DNA from: Euprymna scolopes
Lineage: Eukaryota
Length of the DNA: 64,000 bases
Assembly (NCBI GenBank): GCA_053919585.1
Contig: CM132789.1
Direction: 5' to 3' (one strand)
Positions 51,404 through 62,290 of the stretch are shown here, one piece after another; position 1 is the stretch's first letter; each line of letters starts with the position of its first letter. The translations under genes were made by a program, and so were the position numbers. The notes under the pieces were generated by a model. That model saw only the letters and a program-made list of their open reading frames with translations. It was not told the origin of the DNA and did not search any database.

Positions 51404-51418
51404 CTTGTGACTTGGATT
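51404..51418 (-). CDS. Candidate 15-nt microexon (NPSHK)
   Basis: caactaaaacaattggcactgctggttggctctttag|AATCCAAGTCACAAG|gtaacc; phase 0/0. Confidence 0.4.
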
Positions 51419-51911
51419 CTAAAGAGCCAACCAGCAGTGCCAATTGTTTTAGTTGAATCAAGAAAAAAACAAAACAAAAAAACGAACACTGTTGATCGGA
51501 CCTTTTGAATCAGTCACATGATAAACACGTAAAGTTCTCTACTACTTCTAGAATTCTCAACTAACAACCAATTTTCACAACAATTCCTATGCAATTTTGC
51601 TTGAATAAGAAAAGATTTAAAAAACAGAAGTTTTGATTTGGACATTTTTGTTGTGATCCAAAATGCCTTTATATGAAATAAAAAATAAAAAATCGTTTTT
51701 CTGATTTATTTATTTATTTATATGATTTTAGAAGAAAACATGTTTTATGAAATCATTGTCAATTTCAACTTTCAATTAAAAGTTTGTAGTTATTCTTAAA
51801 TAAGCATAGTTAATACTAGTTAATATTTAGCTTATAAATATTAAATGTTTCATCACTAAAATTTAAAAGAATAACTTTAGGAGGCAACTACAGCCTATAT
51901 ATATAGCACGG

Positions 51912-52385
51912 GAGGGAGATGATGCGATGGGGGAGAGACCATGGACGGGGAGATGACGCGATGGGGGAGAGACCATGGACGGGGAGATGACGCGATGGGG
52001 GAGAGACCATGGACGGGGGAGATGACGCGATGGGGGAGAGACCATGGACGGGGGAGATGACGCGATGGGGGAGAGACCATGGACGGGGGAGATGACGCGA
52101 TGGGGGAGAGACCATGGACGGGGGAGATGACGCGATGGGGAGAGACCATGGACGGGGGGAGATGACGCGATGGGGGAGAGACCATGGACGGGGGAGATGA
52201 TGCGATGGGGGAGAGACCATGGACGGGGAGATGATGCGATGGGGGAGAGACCATGGACGGGGAGATGACGCGATGGGGGAGAGACCATGGACGGGGAGAT
52301 GACGCGATGGGGGAGAGACCATGGACGGGGAGATGACACGATGGGGAGAGACCATGGATGGGAGATGACGCGATGGGGAGAGATA
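51912..52385. repeat. G-rich minisatellite, 33-36 bp unit, ~14 copies
   Basis: Unit ggagatgacgcgatgggggagagaccatggacgg; ccatgg recurs 13 times between 51939 and 52352. Confidence 0.97.
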
Positions 52386-55300
52386 ATGGGGGTGATGGGA
52401 TGAAATAGATGATGAGGTGGGTCTGACGTGAGAGGAAATATGATTGGTTGGTGGGGGTATGTAAATGTCAAAGTAGAAAGATTAATGATAGGTTGGATGG
52501 GAAAATAGATTAAGAGATAAAAGCTTCTTGTTGCTGCTACTAGATATGCAAACACAATTACAAAATGTGCAGCATCAAAAAGCAATAAAAACAAATATTA
52601 CAAACAATCATGCACGATAAAAACAAAAATGCAGACTAACATGCAAGTGCGATGATGGTTCCAACCAGAGATCCAGCAAATTTTTATTATTTGTGCTTTA
52701 AAACTGTCAATGCCACCAGCTGAGATATATCAGATTGACAATGGTTATAAAACTTACCCCAACAACATTTGAATTAAATTTTATTCATCCTCAAAATATC
52801 TTAAGATTTTTATTTTTACAATTATTAGTCATGTCTATGAAAGCTTTTATAAAAAATATTAAAATAAACCTATAAAAAAAGATTACCTAAAATGAATGAC
52901 TTAGAATTAGGAAAGTTTTTTTTTTTTGAAAACAGAACTGTATTATCCTGAGAATGATAAAATGTCTTATTTTGGCATTTACAAAACATACATATGTATA
53001 CATACATATTTTTTTTTTTTTGCAAGAAGTGTTTCTCTATCATTAACTGAGTCCATGTATTTCATATCAAGATTTTCATGTAAATATAGAAACTAACAAA
53101 TTTATCTTATTTCAGATTGGAAGGCATTTGCTTTTGGAGAATTTTCTTTTTCCCCACAAATTTTTCTTTAAGTACATATGTATTGTGGAAAGAGAAGGGA
53201 TACTGCTATGTGCATTATTATAATTTCATAGTTAAAAATAAATTGCAGGGAAATTATGGTCTATTAATACAACAAATATCAAATCTAAATAAGTACAAAA
53301 AAAATTATTTGTAAACCATTCCTAACACATTGATAAGAAATAAGTAAACATCTGTATAAGATTACCCAAATGCAAATCATGCACAACAACAATCGATTAG
53401 GTTATGATTGATAATCCAACATGGAACAATCTGTAACTATTGGAACAAAAGTTATAGTTTGTCGACTTAGAATGAGTGCTTTATGCCCAATCGATAGTTG
53501 AATATGCTTAAACTTGCGCTCATGTTTGCATTAACTACTAATTCCTATTAATCCCTAAATGTGCATTGAATGGATATCATAATTCTAAATTCGCTGCACC
53601 TTATCATAAGGATCCATATAAAATTTTGGCCAGATCAGCCTCATAGTTTGAAAGTGGAATGGACAGACAGACAGTAAGAGAATATAGATAGTTATCTTTG
53701 CCAAATTCTTCCTTAATATAGATGAGTAAAAGTAAAGTTTCAGATGTGATATTTCAGTAAAATCATAATACCTTTCAATAATGGAGAGATTTAATAACAG
53801 TAAAAACAAAAAAGAAAAAGATGTTTGTCTGTTATATAAGGAAGACATTTAAAAAAGATTAGAGGATAGTCTTGCGTAGGTTTTAAAATGAATATTACTA
53901 TTTAATGTTGAATATCACATGTCAATGCAGAGCTGCAATGCTTTACAACTGTCAAAATGTTGGTCCTAAACAACTATGCCTCTTTACAGTTTGTCTTTTG
54001 CAAGTCTCTTATCTGGTTTTATAATATAAAATCTTTGAGACTCTTCAAAGATGGCCAATTATGATGGATACCATCGTTTCCTTCATATTCTAAAAGTTCC
54101 CCAGTTTTTTTTTTCTTTTACAGTCTGTGATTGCTGAAACATCCCTACATAATCACCTTATTCTTGAAAATAAGATCTCATTGACTGGGTCAAATGGTTT
54201 CTTTTTACTGGATTCAATCCAAAGCATTGACAATAAATCGGATCAAGTGGAGAGAAACCACTTAATGACCTAACTGTCCAATTTGAGGAACAAGTGACAA
54301 TAAATGTGCGGTAGTTATTCTTACATTTGGATTGTCATTCTTTTTCAATTGACAATTTGATTAATCTTTACAAAAAGGTAAACAATAACCAGAATTATTC
54401 ACCATATTTTATCAAATTTCAGTTTATAAACTTATTTTCAAAGCATTAGCAATCATTTTGTATGTATTCTTTTCTTTGGAAATGACAAATTATGTAGACC
54501 TTTACGTATCTTTCTCCAATCTGACTACAGTGTGTCAGAATTCCTTTTTAGTTTAAGAAGTACCCAGAATATGTAACTATAGAGAATATACATGTCTCTG
54601 TGCCCTTGATGTTGTTGAATGAAGTTAGAAAAATCTTTTGAGGTGAAAAATAAGACAATGCACTTAGAAAAAAATCTTCATGCCTTTCAATAATTTCTTA
54701 ATTCAAAAACTTAATTTCATAAAGTGGATTTTAATAGATATCATTTGATTGCTATTAAAGAAAAACACATGCGCCAATACTTTTAAGTGTTTATGTGGGG
54801 TATTTTTTTTTAAGTTTAAATTAAACATGTCCCCAGGTGGAGATAACGTCTATCAATTGAGGTACAAAGGCTTATAGCTCTTCAAGACCAACATCTAATG
54901 GCTGTGTGAGTGGCCAGAAAATTTTCTGGACACTTTCTCTACTGTAAACTCAACCCTGTATTATATATTTCGACTGTAGAAATGCAATTAAATAACTAAA
55001 ACTTGATTTTTTTTTCCCACCCAAAACTGCAAGTGTTGCAAATACGTTTTTGCCTATATAAAGGATTGGCTATGTGAAATCTAGCTGACCAACTAGAAGT
55101 TTCTGTGTAGAAAAATTTGACAATGTTGTATACTAATAATATACAGAGGCTTATGAAAATAGGTAATTGTTAATAAAAAAAATCAAGTCAATGAGACTTA
55201 TTTAAAAAAACAAATAAAGTTTTAATGTTTTGGTTAAAAAAAAAAATAATTATCTTTCTCAATTAAAGAGATGAAAGTTTCATCTAAGTAAATCCAAAAT

Positions 55301-57202
55301 ATTAATATAGAGGAGTAATTTTGTTAAAAATTAAAAGGAATTATAAAAGTGTCTTTGAATGCGTTTCCTGATTCATATAAACTGATATGTTGAAGCATGC
55401 AAAGTGATTCAGTGGTGATTGCATTGTTGGTAATGTACAAGTGTGTTGAAGTATAATCACAAGTAAAAGGAATTGAAACTGATAAGCAGTGATTTGAGCA
55501 GAGAGTGAACAGCAGCAAAATGGAGATCTGAAAAACCTTAATGTTTACAAGATTCAGAAATTTTTTTTAATTAAAAAAGATTAAATTTCTAAATTTTTTT
55601 AATGGTCATTTTAAAAAAAAAAATCAAATAATCATGATTAAGTTTAGCAATCATCTCTGTACAAAAAAAAACAATTTTCTATCAACTAAGTTTCGCAATA
55701 TTTGAAATTCTAACATTTTATGAATACGTTATTTTAAATAGCTAAGTCCTGTTTTATATCATAAAGAAATGTGATACAAAGCAATTTTTGGGCTAATCAA
55801 TTTTATTGTTTAAGTTCTAATATTGAACATTAAATGAAAAAATATCAAATTAAATTGAAGTTTTAAACTTTAAAAAATGTTTTCTTAAAAATGAAGAAAA
55901 ATAACCCGATTATAAAATCAAGGTTCTTGGAATCAAGATAAATATCAAATGAGTAAGAAATAATGTGTATGTGTGGAGTATTTGATAGTTTTAAGCCTTG
56001 ACAATTAGTATATAACAGCTGGTGATTGATGATGAACGTGTGTAACCTTACCTACTGGAGATTGAACGTTGAACGAATTTGGCAAGCAAATATCAAATAC
56101 CTCAACATGGTTGAAGTCCAACATCAAGGTATATGAAGTTTTGGATTATTTTTTTTGTTGGCTTTATACTGTATTCAACAAAATAACTTGAAAACAAGTC
56201 ATCAAGCCAAGTCAACACAAGGGTGGAGAAATAAACACAAGAAAAAAAAACAACTCTAAAGATCCATACTGACACAATCATATCGAATACTGAAAGATTG
56301 AGATTATCTTCTGACATTTTGATTCAATTAGGCTAAAAGAAAAGAAACATTAAGATTTGCTGTCAGCCTAAAACATAAGATTGAAATAGACATCTAGAAA
56401 ATAAGATCTTTTTTTTTAAATTTTAAATAAATGTTAGTAAAAATCAACAAACATATTTGCTGAGATTGACATGGTTTTTTTCTTTCAGTCAATTCATTGA
56501 TAGTTGCCTGAAAATCCTTAAACCTGTTTCTATGTGATTCATTATCAACACAAAACATGAAAGCAAAACAGTAAAGGAGAGAAATTTTAAATGTTTTGAT
56601 AAATTACAATAATTTACGTGGGGAAAAAAAGAAATATATTTAGAAATTTTAATCCTGTATTTAAAATATATAAAATCTTAAATTACAGCAGATAGTCAAA
56701 TGTTCAGAAGTTCACATAGGTGTTTGGTTTGAGTGTGTAAGAGAATCTTGGTTAAATGGTTTAGTTTGGAAACAAAGATAACATTTTCAGATGCTTTCCT
56801 GAATAAGGATGCTTGTCAACATGCTTTAGACGGAAAAAAAAGAAAAGAGCACTAAACAAACAAGGTTTTTATATAAATAACAAATCAAATGAAACATAAA
56901 GGATTCTTTATGTCTCATTTTTTTTTCCACAACCAGTTTTTAAATATTAGAAATTTCAGACAGAAAAAAACAAACAAACAAACAACAAAAAACAAGTCAT
57001 TCAATTCTGGATAAGAAACAAACATGCAACGAGGTCTCAATCTGATCTTTAAAATTAAACATTCAAGACATTTACATGAGGGAAATTAAAACGTTTCATG
57101 CAACACTAACTGCAATACTGATCCAGGGCTGACGAGATTACATGAAAAGAAATTATCTTTGCTGATTTAAAAAGCAGAAACTAAAAAGTTGGAAAGACCT
57201 AC

Positions 57203-57286
57203 CTTAGCTTCTCGAATATACTGTCCACCAAGACGATTCACAGATTCTATTTGGTGTCGGCGCTCTCCAAGGGCATTATATATGTC
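57203..57286 (-). CDS. MACF1: Spectraplakin exon, plakin domain
   Basis: ttttcag|GAC...AAG|gtaggt. 84 nt, phase 0/0, DIYNALGERRHQIESVNRLGGQYIREAK, resembling the invertebrate Shot plakin-domain end motif. Confidence 0.9.
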
Positions 57287-57339
57287 CTGAAAATAATTAA
57301 GTTTAATTTACAATACAAATCATCATATTCGATTACATT

Positions 57340-57640
57340 ACATATGAGCAGGTGTTGAACAGCTTTTAGAAATTGACTTCCAAATTAACCTATCTCCGGC
57401 CAAGTCTTTATCGCTCAGTTTCTCAAGTTCATTCTCATCACTCCTTCGCATGCTTTCTCCTATGAACTTAGCCTGCTAACCTAAGAACTCCCATTCACGC
57501 TTTCAAAATGACTAAATCATCAAAGTCTCCTGTTGTATACACACCTTCCTATACTGTCCAGATTTAATCTTCCTCCAAGAGATATGTATATAATATCAAA
57601 GCTCAGAGATTGTATGCTTTTACTTGTAGCAGGACCCAAC
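57340..57640 (-). mobile_element. Decayed RTE LINE 3' fragment
   Basis: acagcttttagaaattgacttccaaattaacctatc...aaagtctcctgtt matches 4770-4960. Confidence 0.7.
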
Positions 57641-58251
57641 ATTGCCTAGTATTGACTGCCTCTTATGCTATTAGTTTTGTTTTGTCTTATTTTTTCAAAT
57701 TTTTAAATATCTAATTGTTGGGGTAAGTCATATTGAGGACATTAAGCATTGAGGAGAAATAAGTGAACAAACATTAAATATATTTTAGTAAATCCAGAGT
57801 TATCTCCCTTGTGTTTCCCAAGAATCCCTATTCCAATAATGCCAATTCCAATATGGGGTCTCTTTGCCACCAAATGCAACGCTCAGTTTATTATTTGTTT
57901 TTCTCTCATAGATACCCACACTTTGCATGCCAGAGGTGTGCTGCCACTTTTATAAGTAGCTTCTATTACATCAATACAGAACTGCATACATTAATTAAAT
58001 CTGTCACTAAATATGCTGTTAATTCTAACATAACTGAGCATTGAACAACCTTTACTAATCATTTGTTTACCTCTAGCTTATGCAAAGCCTATCAGACCAC
58101 TTATCGTAAAATACAAATTGTTTTTCTTAACAAGGTATTTCTCTTGCATTCATTCCAGGATAAATATAGCACTTGTGATACTTTGCTCAAGCATAAAACC
58201 AAATTGCACCCAGTCTATGGTTATCTAACTTATTTGCTAGTCAATTATATA

Positions 58252-58691
58252 AGAACACAATTTAAGACTGTAAATTATACTTTACAAGAATTTATTGTTC
58301 GACTGGATACTCAAATAAGAAATATTGAGACTTGCTTAATCTGTGGTGTTTCAAAGAAATGTGTTCTCATCAGAGGAAAGATATTAGCAAGTGAATATTA
58401 TATCAAAGCTATGAATTTGCTGGTAGTAATCTGAACTATTTGTGCTAAAACTTTTTCTTTTTGCATTCATGACTAGTTTTCATATAATGCTGTTTCAATT
58501 TATGCCAATACCAGCAAATTCATAGCTTCACTATAATATTCTAATATTCATTTGCTAATATCTCTTCTGATGATAAGACCTCATTTCTTTGAAACTTTGT
58601 GGATTAAGGAAATCTTAATATTTCTTATTTGAGTATCCTGTCCAACAATAAATTCATGTAAAGTAGAATTTACAGTCTTAAATTGTGTTCT
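58252..58691. mobile_element. MITE/foldback with ~180-bp TIRs
   Basis: agaacacaatttaagactgtaaatt...aagctatgaatttgctggta pairs with taccagcaaattcatagctt...aatttacagtcttaaattgtgttct. Confidence 0.85.
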
Positions 58692-59234
58692 ATAACAAGC
58701 TCTATTTCCTACTTTAGTCATATTGAGCTTTTTATTTGATTGGGATTACTATATAAATATTTGCTTTACAAAAACTTTGGCCTTTAAACTTAATTTTTAC
58801 TTTTTGATATATAACATTTTTTTTTTTTTTTTTAAAGTTGTGAACTTTAAAATAAATCATTGAAAAATGTTTTTATTATACAAATATATGGTTTATGTCA
58901 ACAATTAATTTTTAGCTGCATTTATAATTGACTGAAATACAATTTTGAGCATGTGACTCATATGTATATGGTGTAATTTAGAGGCCAAATTTTTACAAAC
59001 CCTGCACTGGCTAGATTTCAGTAATGATGCTCTGAATGTTGTCTTCCAAATGGCCTATTGTATCTAATTTATCAACATTGACATGGGACTTTCCCAAAGA
59101 AAATCTAATGGGGCTAAATTGCATGACTGGGGCGTTTAGTCCACCTCCTCCTCTCGCTCTAATTGGATGAATACAGATGTTCAATTTGTAAAAGTTAATT
59201 TTTGGAAAAAGAAACATGAACCACATTTACTTAC

Positions 59235-59394
59235 CATCGTTTCATCAAGCAAGCCTTTAACTTCTTGAACATTGGAAGTGAGGGGGGGTTGTGCATTTGC
59301 TTTGGCTGCCATTTGTTGGACCCATTGTTTCTCGGATTTGACACCATTATGGTAAAGAGAGAGAAGCTCAAGGGCAGAGTCTACACTGCGCAGC
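59235..59394 (-). CDS. MACF1: Spectraplakin (MACF1/dystonin/shot) exon, late plakin-domain spectrin repeat
   Basis: Acceptor ttgtcttccttgcag and donor ATG|gtaagt. 160 nt (phase 2 to 0) encoding LRSVDSALELLSLYHNGVKSEKQWVQQMAAKANAQPPLTSNVQEVKGLLDETM, a spectrin helix A with the conserved W. The upstream exon lies outside the window. Confidence 0.88.
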
Positions 59395-59577
59395 CTGCAA
59401 GGAAGACAAACATTTCATATTCACAGTACAATTCAAATTATCTTTTAAATTTATATTTCAGAAGTTGATGACGACATTCAAGAATTGAAAAAATTTAAGA
59501 TTTGAAAAAAAAAAAAAAAGAAATTTCTATTGAAATCCTTTGAGATAAGTAATTTGTATATTTATTTATGAACTGTA

Positions 59578-60054
59578 ATCCTCATTTTCATAGTTGTTGT
59601 TTCAAGATGTTTCAGCCAACTATTCCTTTGACTTTCTACAGGTGGTTAACGATGACGGGATAGGAATACTGAGTCTCTTTACTGTATCCTCAGTAATTAC
59701 TGCCTTTCATAGTTGTGAGAAAATAACTCTGTTCCGTCTGCCTGCTTCCCACCTGACTACAACTTGGATGTCTTCAAGTCCAATGTTAACAAATTCCTAA
59801 TGAACCGCCTCCTTAAGTAAACACTTCATCAAATCTCCACACTAACGTAATGTACTTGCAATAACCCTTATCCCTGAGTGGTTTCCGGGCCTTGATAAGT
59901 GGTGATCACTGTGTTAAAAAAAAAAAAAAAGGCAGTAATTACTGAGGATATAATTAAGAGAGTCAACATTCCTATCCAGTCACGGTTAACCACCTGAAGA
60001 AGACCAAAGGAATAGTTGGCCGAAATGAGAAACAACAACAACTAAGATGAGGAT
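59578..60054. mobile_element. Penelope-like inverted repeats enclosing a CR1-like LINE 3' end with poly(A)
   Basis: Arms 59578-59704 and 59931-60054 are reverse complements. The centre encodes 'NSVPSACFPPDYNLDVFKSNVNKFL' and ends in an A-tract. Confidence 0.7.
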
Positions 60055-60332
60055 AAATAAACAAAAAAGTTATATCATGTTCAGTCGATGCTTATTTATT
60101 AAAATCTTTAGATTTTTCTTGCCTTCCAAAATGATTAAGAGTTGTGTTAGCTTTTGACTTTTATAGATATATTTATATTCAAGCTGACATGGTCTTTGAT
60201 AGTGACGCGTCTTTATTGAACCATATTTGAGGTGAATAGGGCAATGCTTTTCCCCAAGCTGGCTAGTCTGGTTTGCTTTGGTTGTTTTGTTTTACAGCTT
60301 AACCGTTTTTCAAGTTACTTAATGCTGAATCC

Positions 60333-60521
60333 AATAATTTTGGAAAAAAAGTGTTTATGCTTCAAGTTCTTTATATATTCAAATATTTATTCATGTTTGG
60401 TAGTTTTGTTTCACAGCACAACTCTTTTTGGATTACTTAATGACGAACTCAGTAATTTTGGAAAAAAAGTGTTTATGCTTCAATTCTTTATATATATTCA
60501 AATATTTATTCATGGAAATTG
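60333..60521. repeat. Local direct duplication (~70 bp, period ~118)
   Basis: taattttggaaaaaaagtgtttatgcttcaa...tatattcaaatatttattcatg occurs twice. Confidence 0.85.
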
Positions 60522-60849
60522 GTTTAGTTGTTTTGATGGAGAAAATTTTTTTTTATTACTTTGCAGGACATAATTGAGTTTTGCAAAGGGAAAAGAAAAA
60601 AAAACATTAATGTTTGGTGCATTTTAGGTCAGAAAGCCAATATCTTCACACATGCAGGGATATAAGTTGCAGGGATACTATGTAGGAAGTTGAGCAGCAA
60701 AATATCTGTTCATCTTACTTGTCAGCTACTACCTTACCCTCTCCTGCTTTGTCCAATGTATGGTATGTACATTCAGAGATTACAGTTAAGGTTATCTGCT
60801 GTAGAACGGGCTTGCCTAAATCTATATTGTTTGTCGGTCAGAAGTTTAG

Positions 60850-61300
60850 CAACTGTCAGGTGATGGACTAGCTTGATTAATTATGGACTCAAATATTTTG
60901 GTGAAAATAGGAAGGGGGCTAATGAGTCAGTTCTTTCACCAGAATTCTTGTAAACTGGTATCACAGAAGCAGTTTTCCAGCAGTCAGGAAAGCAAGATTC
61001 ATTAAGGCATTTGTTATAAAATTTGGAGCGGACTGGAGCAACCTCAGCAGAGGATTTTTTTTTTTTTTTATAGTACAGCCGGCATGAGATTGTGTCCACA
61101 TGCTTTTGACGTGTAAATTTACGTTACTAGTGATCCTGTAAATTTGCATCCTTCATGTAAGTTCTGTCCATTTCTGAAGATTTAAAAGGTTTCTGGTTAG
61201 TTTTCAGTTTTGTATAACTGAACCCCTAAAGTGACATGATCAGAAGGTCCCAGACTCAGAAGCGTAGGAAGACATGTTGGTTCGTTTCATGTTGATCGTT
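60850..61300 (-). mobile_element. CR1/L2-group LINE RT fragment
   Basis: ORF 60881-61099: EVAPVRSKFYNKCLNESCFPDCWKTASVIPVYKNSGERTD, the canonical pre-RT domain-0 motif. Confidence 0.8.
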
Positions 61301-61599
61301 TGGCTGTTATTCAACATTGATAAATATATTTATTGGTAAAACATTCTATGTATGATCCTCAACAAAGACGTTGAGTTATGGGATCAGGGAGAAGCACCAC
61401 GCCTACTTTTAGGACCTGACAAATTAAGAATTAAGACATACGAAGAAAATGATTATTTAACATAATTAACTTGATTGGACTATTGAATTTGAAACAATTT
61501 ACTTTTTGACTTCTTGCACAATGTTCTTAGAAAATTGTTCAACTTTGATTCAACTATTATCTTTTTATCTTTATTATCTTTTTCTATGATCTTTGTTGT

Positions 61600-62290
61600 G
61601 ACAATAGAGTAGAGAGAGAGACTAGAAACATCTCTTGTGAGGAGAGACTGTGGCAAAGAGTAGAGATCATCCTCCACTAGATTGCAAAGTCAGTTTTGTA
61701 TTTTGTCAATGCTTTGAGTAACATTTCCTCAGATGTGATAGCAGAACTTCATCTTAGGATGTCTCTGACTTATACAAGTAAAGGATTGCATCAAAAGTTA
61801 AATACTTTCTGGAGTGGTGGTGAAATTATCCATTTTTTTCCAGCGACAATAGCAACAGATTTGACTTCTATTTTTCCATTTCAGGTTTGAAGCGAAAGTG
61901 AGTCAAAAGAGCTTCCTCAAGGAGAAAAGCATTCATTTCAACTACTGCAAAACAACCAATCATTTGTTATAAGTTAATGGTTTGTATTTCAGCATGGTAT
62001 ACATTACATTTTTTGTACTGATGAATCAAGGCTCAAATGCCACTTGAGGATAGGCGTTAATGAATTTGTCAAGTGAACGGTGAAACACCTTGAAAATTGA
62101 AGATGGTTGAAACGGAGTAGAATCTGATTATCTAATAGGACAACTCAACAAAAACTTGTTAACATTAGACTTGAAAATGATCATGTTATAGTTAACTGGA
62201 AAGCAACTCAGTATATTGTGTTCCATAGACAGGCAGTTTTTGGAAAGAAGCTCTGCTCACATAAGTTCAGCTTACCTTCAGATACATAAA
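61600..62290 (-). mobile_element. CR1/L2-group LINE remnants (ORF2 C-terminus and 3' tail)
   Basis: 'LPQSLLTRDVSSLSLY' (61600-61680) and 'SFFPKTACLWN...CFPVNYN..IFKSNVNKF' (62150-62260). Confidence 0.6.

Noticed and set aside
51912-52385. CRISPR-like periodicity of ~34 bp
   Set aside because: No unique spacers; simple tandem repeat in eukaryotic DNA.
51863-52594. Three overlapping Pro/Ser/His-rich ORFs up to 243 aa
   Set aside because: Translations of a stop-free minisatellite whose unit length varies and shifts frame.
58063-58434. 123-aa plus-strand ORF
   Set aside because: Runs into a MITE inverted-repeat arm; no protein features.
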